From Lama guanicoe (Eukaryota), in NCBI GenBank assembly GCA_013239625.1, contig MU053934.1, positions 6,156,399 to 6,220,398 on the forward strand: a stretch of 64,000 nucleotides of DNA, written 5' to 3'. Both the position numbers and the translations under genes were made by a program. The notes under the pieces were generated by a model. It was not told the origin of the DNA, did no database searches, and saw only the letters and a program-made list of their open reading frames with translations. Shown here in pieces: positions 1-12,327 of the stretch. The first letter of the stretch is position 1, and the number at the start of each line of letters is the position of its first letter.

Positions 1-400
1 AGTTAGTGTGTTGAGGATAAGAAATAAGGCCAGCATGGCCAAGGTGATGAGAGGAAGGTCTGAGCAAGAGGTAGGAGCCAGGATTATGTCTGCTTTGGTA
101 AGGAAATTGTGTTTTACTCCAAGTGTAATGAAAATCCACTGGAAGGTTTTAAGCTGTGAAGTGACAGGATCTGATTTATGGCTGAGAAGAATCATTCGGG
201 CAGCTGCGTGGATGATGGACCAAGAGGGACAAAAGAGGAGGCAGGGAGAATTATCCAAGGAGCGGTGAAGGTATCTGGGACTAGGGTTCTGGAGGTGGCA
301 ATCTTTTGGAGGCAGTTGGATTGGATGTGGAACGTGAGGGACAGGGAGTAATTAAGGATGGCTCCCAGGTTTGGGGTCTGAGCAACTGAAGGATGGGTGA
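1..400 (-). mobile_element. LINE-2 fragment
   Basis: Reverse complement contains the L2-typical cagttgctcagaccccaaacctgggagccatcct and aaaaccttccagtgg. Boundaries approximate. Confidence 0.6.
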
Positions 401-673
401 ACTTAAATTCAGTAGTCATGTATTTGCATAGTACTTGTTAAACTTAGTTGAGGGCTGAAGCTCCTTTATAAATTCTTGACCCTTTTATCAGCTCTCAACA
501 AATACCTGTACTTCACAGGTGAGGAAGCTGGATGGACTCAAGTGTCTTGCCCCAGGGTTTCTCATTTGAGTGTGAGCATCATGTCTGAAGTGAGCGCTGG
601 TCATCTCAGGCCTTATTGTGGTACCTAGTGTCTCCAAGAGGGTCATCTGGGAAGTATTTTAAATGAGTGTTGG

Positions 674-767
674 GAGAGGAGGGTAGAGCTCAGTGGTAGA
701 TCACATGCTTAGCATGCACAAGGTCCTGGGTTCAATTCCCAGTGCCTCCACTGAATAAAATAAAATA
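674..767 (+). mobile_element. tRNA-Ala-derived SINE (Vic-1-like) with 13-bp TSD
   Basis: A box agctcagtgg, B box gggttcaattccc, (TAAAA)n tail. TSD aaatgagtgttgg at 661-673 and 768-780. Confidence 0.88.
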
Positions 768-954
768 AAATGAGTGTTGGTGCTTGAGTGGCCTGCCTTC
801 ACTGGCTCCAGCTTTCTTCCCAGCACGTGGTTTAGAAGGCGGTGGTGGGCTCTGGTCCCCTTGGCATAAAGGAGGGGAGGGACTGCACGGAAGCCACTTG
901 CAGAGATGGGGTGGTGGAGTTGGGGGGGTATTGAATGAAGTTTGTTAAGAGGTA

Positions 955-1292
955 CACTTCCAGTCATAAGATAAATAAGTACTAAGGATGTAATGGTCAA
1001 CATGATAAATATAATTCATACTGCTGTGTGTTATATATGAAAGTTGCTGAGAGAATAAATCCTAAGCGTTCTTATCACAAGGAAAAGATATATTTTTTCT
1101 ATTTTTAAAATTCTTTATCTATATGAGATCATAGATGTTCACCAAATGTGTGGTAATTATTTCAAGATGTAAGTCAACTCATTATGCTGTATACCTTAAA
1201 ATTTAAGTAGCCGTATGTCGATTATATCTAAATAAAACTGGAAGAAAAAAATTTAAAAATTAAAGATTTAAAAATAAGCCAAAAAAGAAAAA
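955..1292 (+). mobile_element. L1 3' end (old L1M-type) with A-rich tail
   Basis: cagtcataagataaataagtactaaggatgtaat...tgctgtataccttaaa...attatatctaaataaaactggaag plus A-runs. Confidence 0.7.
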
Positions 1293-4200
1293 GCAGAAAC
1301 CAGAGGGGGACTTCCTCTACCACCGACTTATGTAGCTTCAAGCAAGGTCTCCATCCTCTGTGGCTCTCAGGTTACACGTCTGCAGAATGGGACGATTCAT
1401 AGCTCCCCTCCCATTAAGAAGATCCTGAAGGCCTAATAGTATTTGGAAAGTTCTTTGAACTCTATAATGCACTATAAAAATTTGTGAATCATTTCCAGTG
1501 TTATTTTAGGAACAGGCCTTTGCTAACATTGAGACGAAGGCCAGACTTTTTCCTCAGATTGTTCCAGAAGGAACTGTAGAAGCTCCTTATTTAGGGGATC
1601 CTAAAAGGCATGGAGAATGATTTTTGTGGGTTCATTCTGCAAAACTTGGGCCAAAGGAAAAGGCACCAGTTTTGCTGTGTGGCCCTGGGCAAAATAGTTG
1701 AGTTCCAGAGTCTCGGTTTCATCATCTGTAAAATGGGCACAGTATCTTCTGCCTCTCTGGGTGGTCGTGAGTATTAATGGGACTGTGTGTATAAAGCACT
1801 TGGGGCAAATCTGGCGCAGGGTATAGGCAACCTGGTGAAAGTTAGTCTATGTCTGCAGCCCTGGAGGTGGCCTTCAGCCTCTGTTGCTCCAGCATTTATC
1901 CTCAGCTTATAAAAAGACCAGCTCTAGGAAAATTGCTTGCTCCTCCCATAATCTGCATGGATATGGGTATGGAGTAGTTGTGCAGGAACACCTTTTGGGT
2001 ACTCCTGAGAGAGTTGGGAGAAGGGGTAGACATGGGTCCACTGAATTCCTGTCTTCATTCTGGAAGGTGAAGAGCTACATAGAGAGGATGAGCTCTAGAA
2101 TTACATTTGCAGAATTTTCATCATTAAATGTGAAATTCCTTGGGGAATTATGCCCAGTTTGGAGTATTTCTGCTCTCACCCTGTAGAGACCGAGACAGTT
2201 TCTGAGTGAGAGGTACCTGAGCTGTCTCAGGAGTCCCTTTAACCCCTGCACTCCAGTGCTGTGTAGCTGGGCGCCTGCACCTCCTGCTGGACATCTGTGT
2301 TGTTTCGTTATTGTCATTTTTCACTGCGAATGCTACGGAACTGATTTAAGACAAGGGCCCAGCCTGGGAAAGATTTCTGTGCCGGTGTGGAAGAAGTCAC
2401 GTCTTAATAACTATAATGCACAAGGAGGGGAGAGGGCGTCTTGGGTGGAGCTAAATCTAGACCGGGCCATTCTGAAACTTGCGTGTGGGTGGCATGTTTA
2501 GTCTGCCTCACAGCACTGTTGGCATTTTAGACGCCGATATAGAGAGCCCCGCTGTGCCAGTCACTGTACCAGGGCTTGTTGGACAAACACTGCCTCACTT
2601 GTCCTTCACAACAGCCCTAAGATGTAGGTGTCATTAGCCTGTTTTCACAGTGATGAAACAGACCCTGATTGGTTAAATGGCTTGTCCGAGGTCACAGCCA
2701 GCATGCAGCTGAGCCAGGTTTTGAATGTAGGTTTGTTTGACTGCAGAACTCAGGCTTTTTACCATTCAGTCAAACTCCTTCCTCAGAGTACTCCCCTGGG
2801 GGATAGAGTAGAAACCAGGTCTCTGTGGCGTAGGCTAGATATAAGGGACATAGTTCGATTGGCTCCATGCCCTGTTCGGATGTGTATCTGTTTGGGGCTG
2901 TGATTGCCTCCTGGCACAAATACCAGCACAGCTTGAGAGGGAGAGGCTGGAGCTGTGGGGCTGCCTCACAGGCTGCCTATTGAGCTTGCAGAGGATGCCC
3001 TTCCTAAGTGTGGGGGCCAGAGCAGAGCTCGGGATTTGTATGCAGTTCATGGTGTACCTGGAGTCTCTGCCCCAAACAACAGCAAAGGAGAATTAGACAG
3101 ATGAGTAAATTTATCAACTGATTCCTTAAAGGAACACCCTACTGCCTTGGAGTCCATTAAAGGCTATGACTTGGGAGAGACCGGGCTCCCTGACCCTTTC
3201 CAAGCCTCTGAAAAGGACTGCATCACTTTTGTGCCTGCCAGTTTCATTGCAGCCAAGCTAGCTGATGGCCTGGTGGCGGAGGGAATTGTTTAGCCTTGGA
3301 TTCTTGGGAGGGGCGCCAGGCATTTGCTTACCAGGAGTTGGAGAAAACTACTAGAAGCAGCGGAGGTGTGGGAAGATGGTGCTTCTTAAGGAGGGTATTG
3401 ACTGCATTGCTGTGTTGCTCACCTAGACAGAATCTCACCTGAGGCTTCCCTGCCAGGAAGGGCTGGCAGCTGGCTGCTAAGAGCTGTGAGGCTGGCCGAA
3501 GGCACTTGAGGGTCTTAACCTCTCCTGAGACCTTGAAGTCATCTTGCTGGTAAAATGGGTGGGTAGCCCCATGAGGTGGAGCACCCCCCTGCTGGCAGGG
3601 TCTGTCAGGCATTCAGGGATGGAATGAGTGGATAGGTGAGACCTTTTCAGTCTGAGATGTGCTGTCCTGGTGCTTGTGTCCTGCTCTGAGGCTCCTGGTC
3701 TTTGGTGACTGGGAAGGGAGTGGAGGGGATGGGGGAAAGAGCAGCCTGTGGTTCTTTCTCCAAAGCATAGCATCTCCTCCCAGGAGAGCTGAGTAATAGC
3801 AGCTGAGTAATTTATTGAATGCCTGCCAGGAGCCCAGCGACTGAGCTCTGCTTTTCATGTGTTTTTTCCTTACAGAATGCAATATGTTCATAAAAGCTCT
3901 CTTTCCTTCTCTCTGTTCCAGTCCCCAAAGGCAACCACCGATGGGAATTTGGTATATTTGTCATTCTTCACTTTTTTCCTCTGCATTTACAAGCAATTCA
4001 TTGTTTCTAATCCTCACAAAATCTTTACTCTTTTACCCTTATTTTACAGAAGGGGAAACTGAGGCTCAGAGAGGTGACGAATCTTGTCTGAGATCCCACA
4101 GCAAGGGGAGCTGAAATTCTAAGCTGTGATGCCCTTTCTGTGACTTGGCACTGGGGTTGGAGTGTGCATGCCACAGGTCAGAATGGGGCTGGTGGCTTCT

Positions 4201-7200
4201 CTGTCTTTTGCTGAAGCAGCTGCCTCAAGAGACCGGGCCTCTTCCAGGAGCCCAGCCTATTTGGACAGCTCAGCCACCTCCTAGGCTTGCTCTGAGCGCT
4301 GGTGCCCACCGACACATGGTTCCCTAAGGCAGCACTGAGTATGCCGTACTTAATAGGATGAACAGAGGTCAGACTGGCCCAGCCAGGCTGGCAGGTGGGT
4401 CCCTTTCGTATACTTTGGCTCTGTGAACAGGCACGAATGGCTCGGCACAGCCTTTTCCAGAGATACTTACAACTTGAATTTGAAAGCACAGTGAAGAGAC
4501 TTGTGTTCGATTCATGGCTCTGCCTTCATCCATTTCATCACCAAGTATTGAACTTATTCTGTGTCACACGCCATCCTAGATTCTGTACATAGTGGTGACC
4601 AGAATAGACAAGTTTTCTGCCCTCACAGAGCTTACATTTTAGTGGAATTTACCTTCTCATCTGTCTGAGTCTCCATTTTCTCACCTAAACAGAAGACAAA
4701 ATGACCTGCAACAATCTCACTTGGCACAGTTGTAAGGAAGATGACACAAGGTAACCTTTGTGATCTTGTTTGGCACAGTTTTGTTCATTTCTTTTCATTT
4801 CGTTTCTTACCTGACTCCCTGGTGGGTCCCCTTTGGTTATGTTGCTTCCTTCTGAGTTTGTTCTGTGTCAGTAAGTGCAACATCAGCTGAGCCTCCCTTA
4901 CTCTCTGGGAGCCCTACAGATTTGTATTCCAGCCAGCAAGGGAGGGGGTACCTACCATAAGACCAAGAAGCCAGACTCCATGAGAGGCACTCCGGTTCGG
5001 CAGTGGGGACTGAGCCCCCATGGAGGACCGAGCCTACCTGGTTGCCAGGCCTGGACAGAGGTTGGGAGACACTGTCCGTAGCACAGTGAGAAGGGCTTGG
5101 GCTCAGCAGGTTCCAAGCTGTGCGACCTTGGGCGGGCCACTTCCTGTCCCTGAGCCTCTGTATCCTCAGGGCAATTAGGGAGACTGCTCTGTCCAGCAAG
5201 GTTTTTCAGAGTAGCTGGCATGGAGCACTGTGTTAGCTACTGCTGTTTATTCCAAAACAGATCTGAGGGCTTCTGGTTACTGGTCACCCTGATGGGAGAC
5301 TCCCACCTAAGTGGAAGGAGTGTTTTGTAACAGAGGAAGTGCTATAGGAGTGCTTAGAATGCAGCCTATGAAGGTGTTATCCCCACTCGCGGAGGAAAAA
5401 AGCCATGACAGAAGGGTTAAATGAAACCACACAACGTTCTACAGCTGGGATTTGAGCCCAGGTCTCCATCTCCAGGCTCTGTGCCTGATACGATGGTGGC
5501 ATGTTTCTGTTCAGGATAAGAAGCATTTGTTACTCCTGGACCAATCCCGTTGAATCAGGGGCTTGTAGAGGTTCCTGAAGAGTTTCCTGCCTTGATGCTG
5601 CCGTTGGTCGCCAAGTCACTGAGAAAATGGAGGGTGAGGGCTTAGTAGACATACCTGTTGTACATAAGGGCCTGGAATTTACTCATGAGAATCTCAGAAG
5701 GCCTGACTGAGACTCGGGCTCCAAGTATGGGGGAGAAATTACCCATTTCCTAGTTGTGATGTCCAGGGTGGCTGGCCTGTGGGTGATCCCTGGAATGTTT
5801 CCGGGCCCTGGGGCCAGGTTAAACTGAGCATTGCGTATGTTTTACGTTTGGACTTAGGAAGTAAAAACAAAACCCCAATAAGCTATCTTTAAAAAATGCC
5901 CGAGTTGTCCTCCTCTTTAAATAAAACTGATCTGGACTACTCACAACCCCACCACAGTAGTCAGGTATTGTAAGACTCAGTAATACTGTGTTTAAGGTAG
6001 AATTAAATTCTTACCTTTTTTCTTGTTTATATAGGTGCCCATCGTAGGAAACTTGGGAAATACAGAAGTATAAAGAATACCATAAAAATTATCTATAATT
6101 ATTTGTAATACCCAGAGATAACCCACCCCCACCCAGAGACAGCTACTATTAACATTTTGATGTATCTCTTTCTAATGTTTTTAAAAATTTATAATCCAAT
6201 TTAAAATGTGTTTGATAGTACACATATTTATAATTTATGTTTCTTTAAATTTTTTTATTCTAAAACTCATGTATGTACAATATTGAAGGTTCAAATTACA
6301 TAAATATAAAAAGTAAAAATATTCTCCGTAATTTCACCCTCCAAGGATAGCTACTGTTAACAGTTTGGCATCTATTCCATTTTGATTTTATTTGGTTTCT
6401 TTAATTCATTCCTGTCCAAACCAATACTTAGACTTTCCAGGAGACACTTGGAGGGTTCAGTGTTTGGGCTTAGAGCCAGTCTGCCTTTGAATGCTGGTGT
6501 AACTGTGAGACCTTATCGGGTGAATTACTACCCTTCTCCAGCCCTCAATTTCCTCATCTTTTAAATGGGGCTCACATACAGTAGGGCTGTTCATAAAGTG
6601 CTTATAACTTGGCACTCAATAGAAAGTATTAAATACTACTACTAGTAGTAATTATTATTGTTATTATTATCATTATCTTTGCTTAGAAACCTCAGCCCTA
6701 ACAGGGTACTGTGGGTACCCTGGTGTCAGGGACTCTGGGGAGGGGTGGATGCAGGATGGGCTGGTGTTTGGTGCCTCTTCTTTGTGCCACTGAGTATTAA
6801 ACACCACTGGGTACCTGGCATCAGGCCAGGGAGTCTGGTGGAGGGGTGGTGGTGCTGGGTATTCCTGGACAGGCTTCAGGGAGTTGTAAAATTGTGTTTT
6901 GTGTTCTCTAAATTTTCTCCGTGAAATACATCTTCCTTTTTTAAATGAGAGGAAAAACCCTAGTAAATGTTATTTAAAAAACAAACCAATGACAACCTGC
7001 TTGTAGCATTTTACTTACTAATTGCTATTTTTTGGGAACCCATTCATGTCATTTCAGACCTCACATGGTACTGTAGATATTTATTCCTTTTTCCCAAATG
7101 AAGAAACTGGGTTCAGAGGTGAAACCTGCTTGATAGCACACAACTGAACGGTAGAGCTGGGCCTTTGAGCTAGATCTCAGTTCTTTTTACTGTGCTGCTT

Positions 7201-7799
7201 GCCTCTTGTAAACCACATGTTCACCCTCCTTCCCCTGCTGGACCTTCCACCATTTCCTGCTTTGTCTTTTACTTCCCACCATTTTGAGTGGTTTATAGCT
7301 CCTGCACGCTTCACGTGTTGATTTTGTGTCTTCTAACGTACTGTCCGTCCTCTGAGAGCCTTGAAACCCCTCTTATCCGCCACAGCGCTGGTCAGTGAAG
7401 TCTTGTCCAGGCATCCCAGGAAGAGTTAACTGTTCCCTCTGTGCACTCCTGCCCCTTCTGTGTGTTTCCTTTTTCATGTAGGAGTTGCATTTATGTGCTG
7501 ATCGTGGCCAGACTAAGGTATATAAATGTGGGGACTGTCTTCTTGGTATCTGTGTCCTATTGCTTGGCACAGAATAGGTGCTCAAGTAGTAAAATACAAA
7601 TGGTATTTATAGGAAAGAGGTCATATGATAAGCCACCATCAACCTGTTCACTTCTGTCGCTGTTGAATGCACTGTCTACATGGCAGTCATGGTGGTGGTG
7701 GTTTGTTTTTTTTTTTTTGAAAATGCAGATATGATCTTGCTTAATTTCAGTGGCTTCCCATTGCTTTTAGGATCAAGTTAAACTTTTAACATGTCCTAC

Positions 7800-8166
7800 G
7801 GTTAAGTTTATACATATTTACAAAAGAAGGTCAAGGCCTGACTGACTGGTGAAGGTACAGTGAACCACTTTCATGTTCAGACAGTTCATTACTTAGATAC
7901 AGAATGAGAAGAAGAAGCTGAAGGTGCCAGCTCCCTAGGTCCTAGACCCACACACCGGAAGGGGCGGCACCAGAACAGAAGGAGCTGATGGCTGCGCTGC
8001 AGGTTGTGGCAGCTCTGTTACCACTAAGCGGGGGTTATATTCTGAGATAAGGAGACGAGTGGGAGATGGCCTCATAGCTCCTTTAGAGACCTCCTATCCT
8101 CTGGTATTCCGCCAAGACTCGGGTGAGCTGTAGTTCAAGGTTGCTAGGGTGCTTTTCTCATACATC
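7800..8166. mobile_element. Possible solo LTR-like insertion interrupting an L2
   Basis: L2-like sequence stops at aacatgtcctac and resumes at caagacctgtcatgat. The roughly 365 nt between is compositionally distinct and LTR-like. Family not identified. Confidence 0.35.
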
Positions 8167-8929
8167 TGCAAGACCTGTCATGATACCTGGCTGCATTTTT
8201 ACCTTTTAGCCTTATTTTCTGCCATTTCCACTGCCCTTTGCTCCCTTTGCTTCAGCCAAGCTGACTTTCTCTTTCTTTCAATTTATGAGTCTTTTCCTCC
8301 CTGGGGCCTTTGCACACGCTGTTCTCTCTGCCTGCCAGGTTCTCTGGATTCCTTCCCCTTTACCCCATTGTATTTGCCTGGCTAACTTCTAGTAATGTTT
8401 CACTTCTCAGATTAAATATTACTACCTTGGAGAAGCCCTGCCCCCAGCCTGGCTTAGGTTCTCCAGCTTTATACTGTTACAGCGTTACAGCCACTTAACT
8501 TTTCTTTCATAGCACTTCTCTTACGTAGTTGCTTCCATAGCTTCTCGAGTGATTATTTGGTATCTGTCTTCACCAAACTCTAAGCTCAGCAAGGGCAGGG
8601 CCTGTGTCTGTCTTGCTGACCTCATTAATTCAAGCACCACCGCACAAAGTCCGGGGCTGGCTGGCTAAATAATGTGTTTAATGAATCAGTAACACATTCG
8701 TTTTAATTAGGGAAGTAGTGTGGTGGCAAAAGCATTGACTTGAGAATTGAGTGACTTGAGCTCTGCTCCAGACTACTGTTAACTAGGTGTGTGTGACCTG
8801 GGGCACTCATTTTTTCATGTTAAGTGAAAAAAAATTATTTGGTGAGCTGGGGTCACCCTGAGTTCAGACAATATGTGATTCAGGATGAACCATTTAATTA
8901 GCAGAGTTCTAGGGGGATGAGACCTTGGA

Positions 8930-10435
8930 TGAGGATCCAGCTGCCTTCTTGACACCTCTGCTTGGGTGTCAGACAGGCAACCTCCCCATCTCACCCCCAA
9001 ACCTGCTTTTCCTGTTGTCTTCCCTGTTTCAGTTCAGAGCAACTCCATTCTTTCAGTTATTGAGGCCCAGACCTCAGTGATGTTCTTGACTTTTCTCTCA
9101 TGCTCCTTGGGCACTCTGTCAGCAAATCCTATTGTCAGTACTTTCTGAATATATCCAGACTCCAGCCCACTCACCACCTCCACCACAGTGACTGTGGTCC
9201 AAATCACCATCATCTTTCACTAGGCTGGCCTCCTACTGGTTTTCTTGCTTCCTTCTGTTCTCCATACAGCAGCCAGAATGATCCTTGTAAATAAGTCAGA
9301 TCATGTAATTCCTGTTCAGAATTCTCCATTAGCTTCTCATTGTGCTCAGAGGAAAGTCCACAGTCTTTACCATATTCTGCAAGGTCCTGTACAGTCACAT
9401 CCCCTGCTGCCTCTTGGTCTTTTACTGCCCTCCTCCTTGTTCATTCTGCTCTGGCCATGCTGGCTTCCTTACTGTTCTCTTTTCCCTATATATTTTAATT
9501 AAAAGTTTTTAACCATTTTAAGTGTACAGTTCAGTAGCATCAAGTACATTCACACTGTTCACATTCACATTATGGCACAACCATCACCACTATTTATCTC
9601 CAGAACTTTTTCATCTTCCCAAGCTGAGGCTGTACCCATCAGACTCTGACTCCCCATTTCCCTCTCCCCCCAGCTTCTGGCACCCACCGTTCTACTTTTT
9701 GTCTTTGAACTGAATTACTCCAGGTACCTCATGTAACTGTAATCATTCAGTATTTGTGCTTTTATGACTGGCTTATTTCACTTAGCATAATGTCTTCAAG
9801 GACCATTCATATTGTAGCGTGTGTCAGGATTTTCTAGACTTTTAAAAATCCCTTTTTAAGGCTGACTTGTATTCAACTGTATGTACCACATCCTGTTTAT
9901 TCATCATCAGTGGACACTTGGGTTGCTTCTGCTTTTCGGCTGTTGAGAATAATGCGGCTGTCATTGTGGGTTTACAGATTTCTTTCCTTGCTGTTCTTTG
10001 AACACAGCAGGTACTACCTCACTTTGGAGGACCCTTATACTTTCTGTCTAGAATGCTCTTCCTTCAGATACTTGTAGGTTGGCTTGCACCTTTTGTCAGG
10101 TCATTGTTCAGTGTCACCTTCCCACTGAAGCCTTTCTCAATTATCCTATTTTAAATTGCACATCCCCGCACTTCCCTGGCTCCCTCACCTGTTGCTCCTG
10201 CTTCACTCTCTCTAAAGACACCAGCTGACTGAGGTTTTACTTGTTTCTCTGTCTCTATTTGTATGTCTCCCCATCAGTTCCCCCCTAACCTCCCCGAATG
10301 TCAGTCCCAAGAGGGCAGGGAATATTGGATCATTTTGTTCGTTGCTGTAGCCCCAGTGCCTAGAACAATGCCTGGCACCCACAGTCACTCAATAGCTATT
10401 TGGTGAATGGACAGTTTAATGAATAAACAAATGAG
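8930..10435 (+). mobile_element. LINE-2 3' region interrupted by an L1
   Basis: Ends in the L2 terminus ccccagtgcctagaacaatgcctggcac...ctcaatagctatttggtgaatg. Confidence 0.7.
9481..9983 (-). mobile_element. 5'-truncated L1 nested in L2, with TSD
   Basis: ttttaaccattttaagtgtacagttcagt...ggcttatttcacttagcataatg. TSD ttcctt(a/g)ctgttct(c/t)t at 9465-9480 and 9984-9999. Confidence 0.78.
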
Positions 10436-10828
10436 TAAGGGTTGGTGGGAGGAAGGAGGGGAGGCAGAGAATGACACTGAAGGTAGATGCTTTTCACCAG
10501 GGTCAACCCTGCTTATCATTTCTTCATTTCTGGCTGCTGCTGAGATTATAAGGGTCAAAGTAAAATCCTAGCTTTCCTTCCTCCATCTGTCTTGTCCAGT
10601 CAGTTGTCCAGTTGCCCCTGTCCCTCAAAAACTGTTTTGTTCTGGGAAAGTTTCATGATAGAGGACACCAAAATGCATGCACAGAAGTGAGGGGTCAACA
10701 TGAGGTTGCAGGTTTTAAATTTTTCTAAGTAGGGACAGCAAAGCAACAACCAAAACCAAATTCAAACAAAAACCCCACCAAATCATCATCTCCTATCACC
10801 ATCATTTCTTAAAAGAAAGGGCCTTTTT

Positions 10829-11244
10829 CTGTTTTGCTGTCTGTGACATGAGACAGTTGCTGTGGGTGTCATCAAGGCAGTAGACAAGAAGGCACCTGGA
10901 GCTGGCAAGGTCACCAAGTCTGCCCAGAAAGCTCAGAAGGCTAAATGAGTATTATCCCCAATACCTGCCACCCCAGTCTTAATCATTGGTAGAAGAACGG
11001 TCTCAGATCCGTTTGTCTCAATTGGCCATTTAAGTTTAATAGTAAAAGACTGGTTAATGGTAACAATGCATCATAAACCTTTCAGAAGGAAAGGAGAATG
11101 TTTTGTGGACCATTTGTTTTTTGTGTGTGTGGCAGTTTTAAGTTACTGGTTTTTAAAATTGGTACTTTTTAATGGAAACAACTTGACCAAAAATCTGTCA
11201 CAGAATTTTGAGACCCATTAAAACAAAGTTTAATGAGAAAAAAA
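10829..11244 (+). pseudogene. EEF1A1: 5'-truncated processed pseudogene of EEF1A1 (C-terminal codons, full 3' UTR, short A tail)
   Basis: Reads FAV(C)DMRQ then [29 protein letters not shown] (TGA 10946-10948) across an apparent 4-nt deletion. Followed by recognisable EEF1A1 3' UTR, ATTAAA at 11217-11222 and an A-run. Flanked by degenerate repeats ending gggccttttt. Confidence 0.93.
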
Positions 11245-11724
11245 GGGGGGGCCTTTTTAATACCAAAGGTATAGGGAGGAAAGATTCAGAACAGAGAACA
11301 TGTTTCAAATGTAATAAATTTGACTTAAAAAAAAAAACTTGCTACATGGTCTTTATTTTTCCCATTTTCCTCGTGAATAGTTGTGTGCAGACAGGCACCA
11401 AGTGTGTGGGCTGAGGTTTGGGGCCGTCTAGTGCAGTCGGCGGAATGCTGCAAACGCCCAGGATAATTGTCATTCATTGTCTGTTTGGCTTTGATGTTTG
11501 TAAGAAATTATTTTAAATTGAGGTATAATTCACATACAACATTGTATTCGTTTCAGGTGTATTACATAATGCAAAGTGATCACCACGGTAAATCTAGTTA
11601 ACATACATAGTTATGTAACTAATATTTTTAATTGGAGGTTCTCTAAGATAATGTTTCCAAGCTGCATACATTTATTATTGGATCATGAAATTAGTGGGGT
11701 CCAACTTCAAAAAAAGATAATATA

Positions 11725-12035
11725 GAATGCTAAGTGAAAAAAGCCAGACACAAAAGGCCACCTATTGTATGACTTCATTTATACGAAATACCTAGAATGG
11801 ACAAATCCATAGAAACAGCAAATTAGTGATTGCCAGTGGCTGGGGCAGGGAGAGTGAAAGGAAAAGGAGCAACTGCCTAGTGTGTCCAGGGCTTGCTTTG
11901 GGTGATGAAAAGGTTCTGGAACAAGCTAGTGGTGATGGTTGCACAACACTGTGAATGTACTGAATTGTACTTTTAATAGCTACTGTGGTAAATTTTGTGA
12001 TATGTATTTTACCACAATGAAAATAATAAAAGAAC
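11725..12035 (+). mobile_element. L1 3' end (L1MB/MC-like)
   Basis: atgctaagtgaaaaaagccagacacaaaaggcc...ggtgatgaaaaggttctggaac...ttttaccacaatgaaaataataaaa. Confidence 0.72.
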
Positions 12036-12073
12036 AAAGTATCAGTGTACGTTGCACGTGTCAAGGACTGTTT

Positions 12074-12327
12074 TTTTAAATATATATTTTATTGAAGTAT
12101 AGTCAGTTTACAATGTTGTGTCAGTTTCTGGTATACAGCAAGTACTTCAGTCATACGTGAATATACATATGTTTGTTTTCATATTCGTTTTCACCATAAG
12201 CTACTATAAGATACTGAATATAGTTTCCTGTGGTATACAGTATAAACTTGTTTATCTATTTTATGTATATCTGTCTGTATCTGCAAATCTCGAACTCCCA
12301 ATTTATCCCTTCCCACCCCCTTCCCCC
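12074..12327 (-). mobile_element. Lineage-type L1 3' end with TSD
   Basis: ttttattgaagtatagtcagtttacaatgttgtgtcagtttctgg... TSD tcaag(g/t)act(g/a)ttt at 12061-12073 and 12328-12340. Confidence 0.78.
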
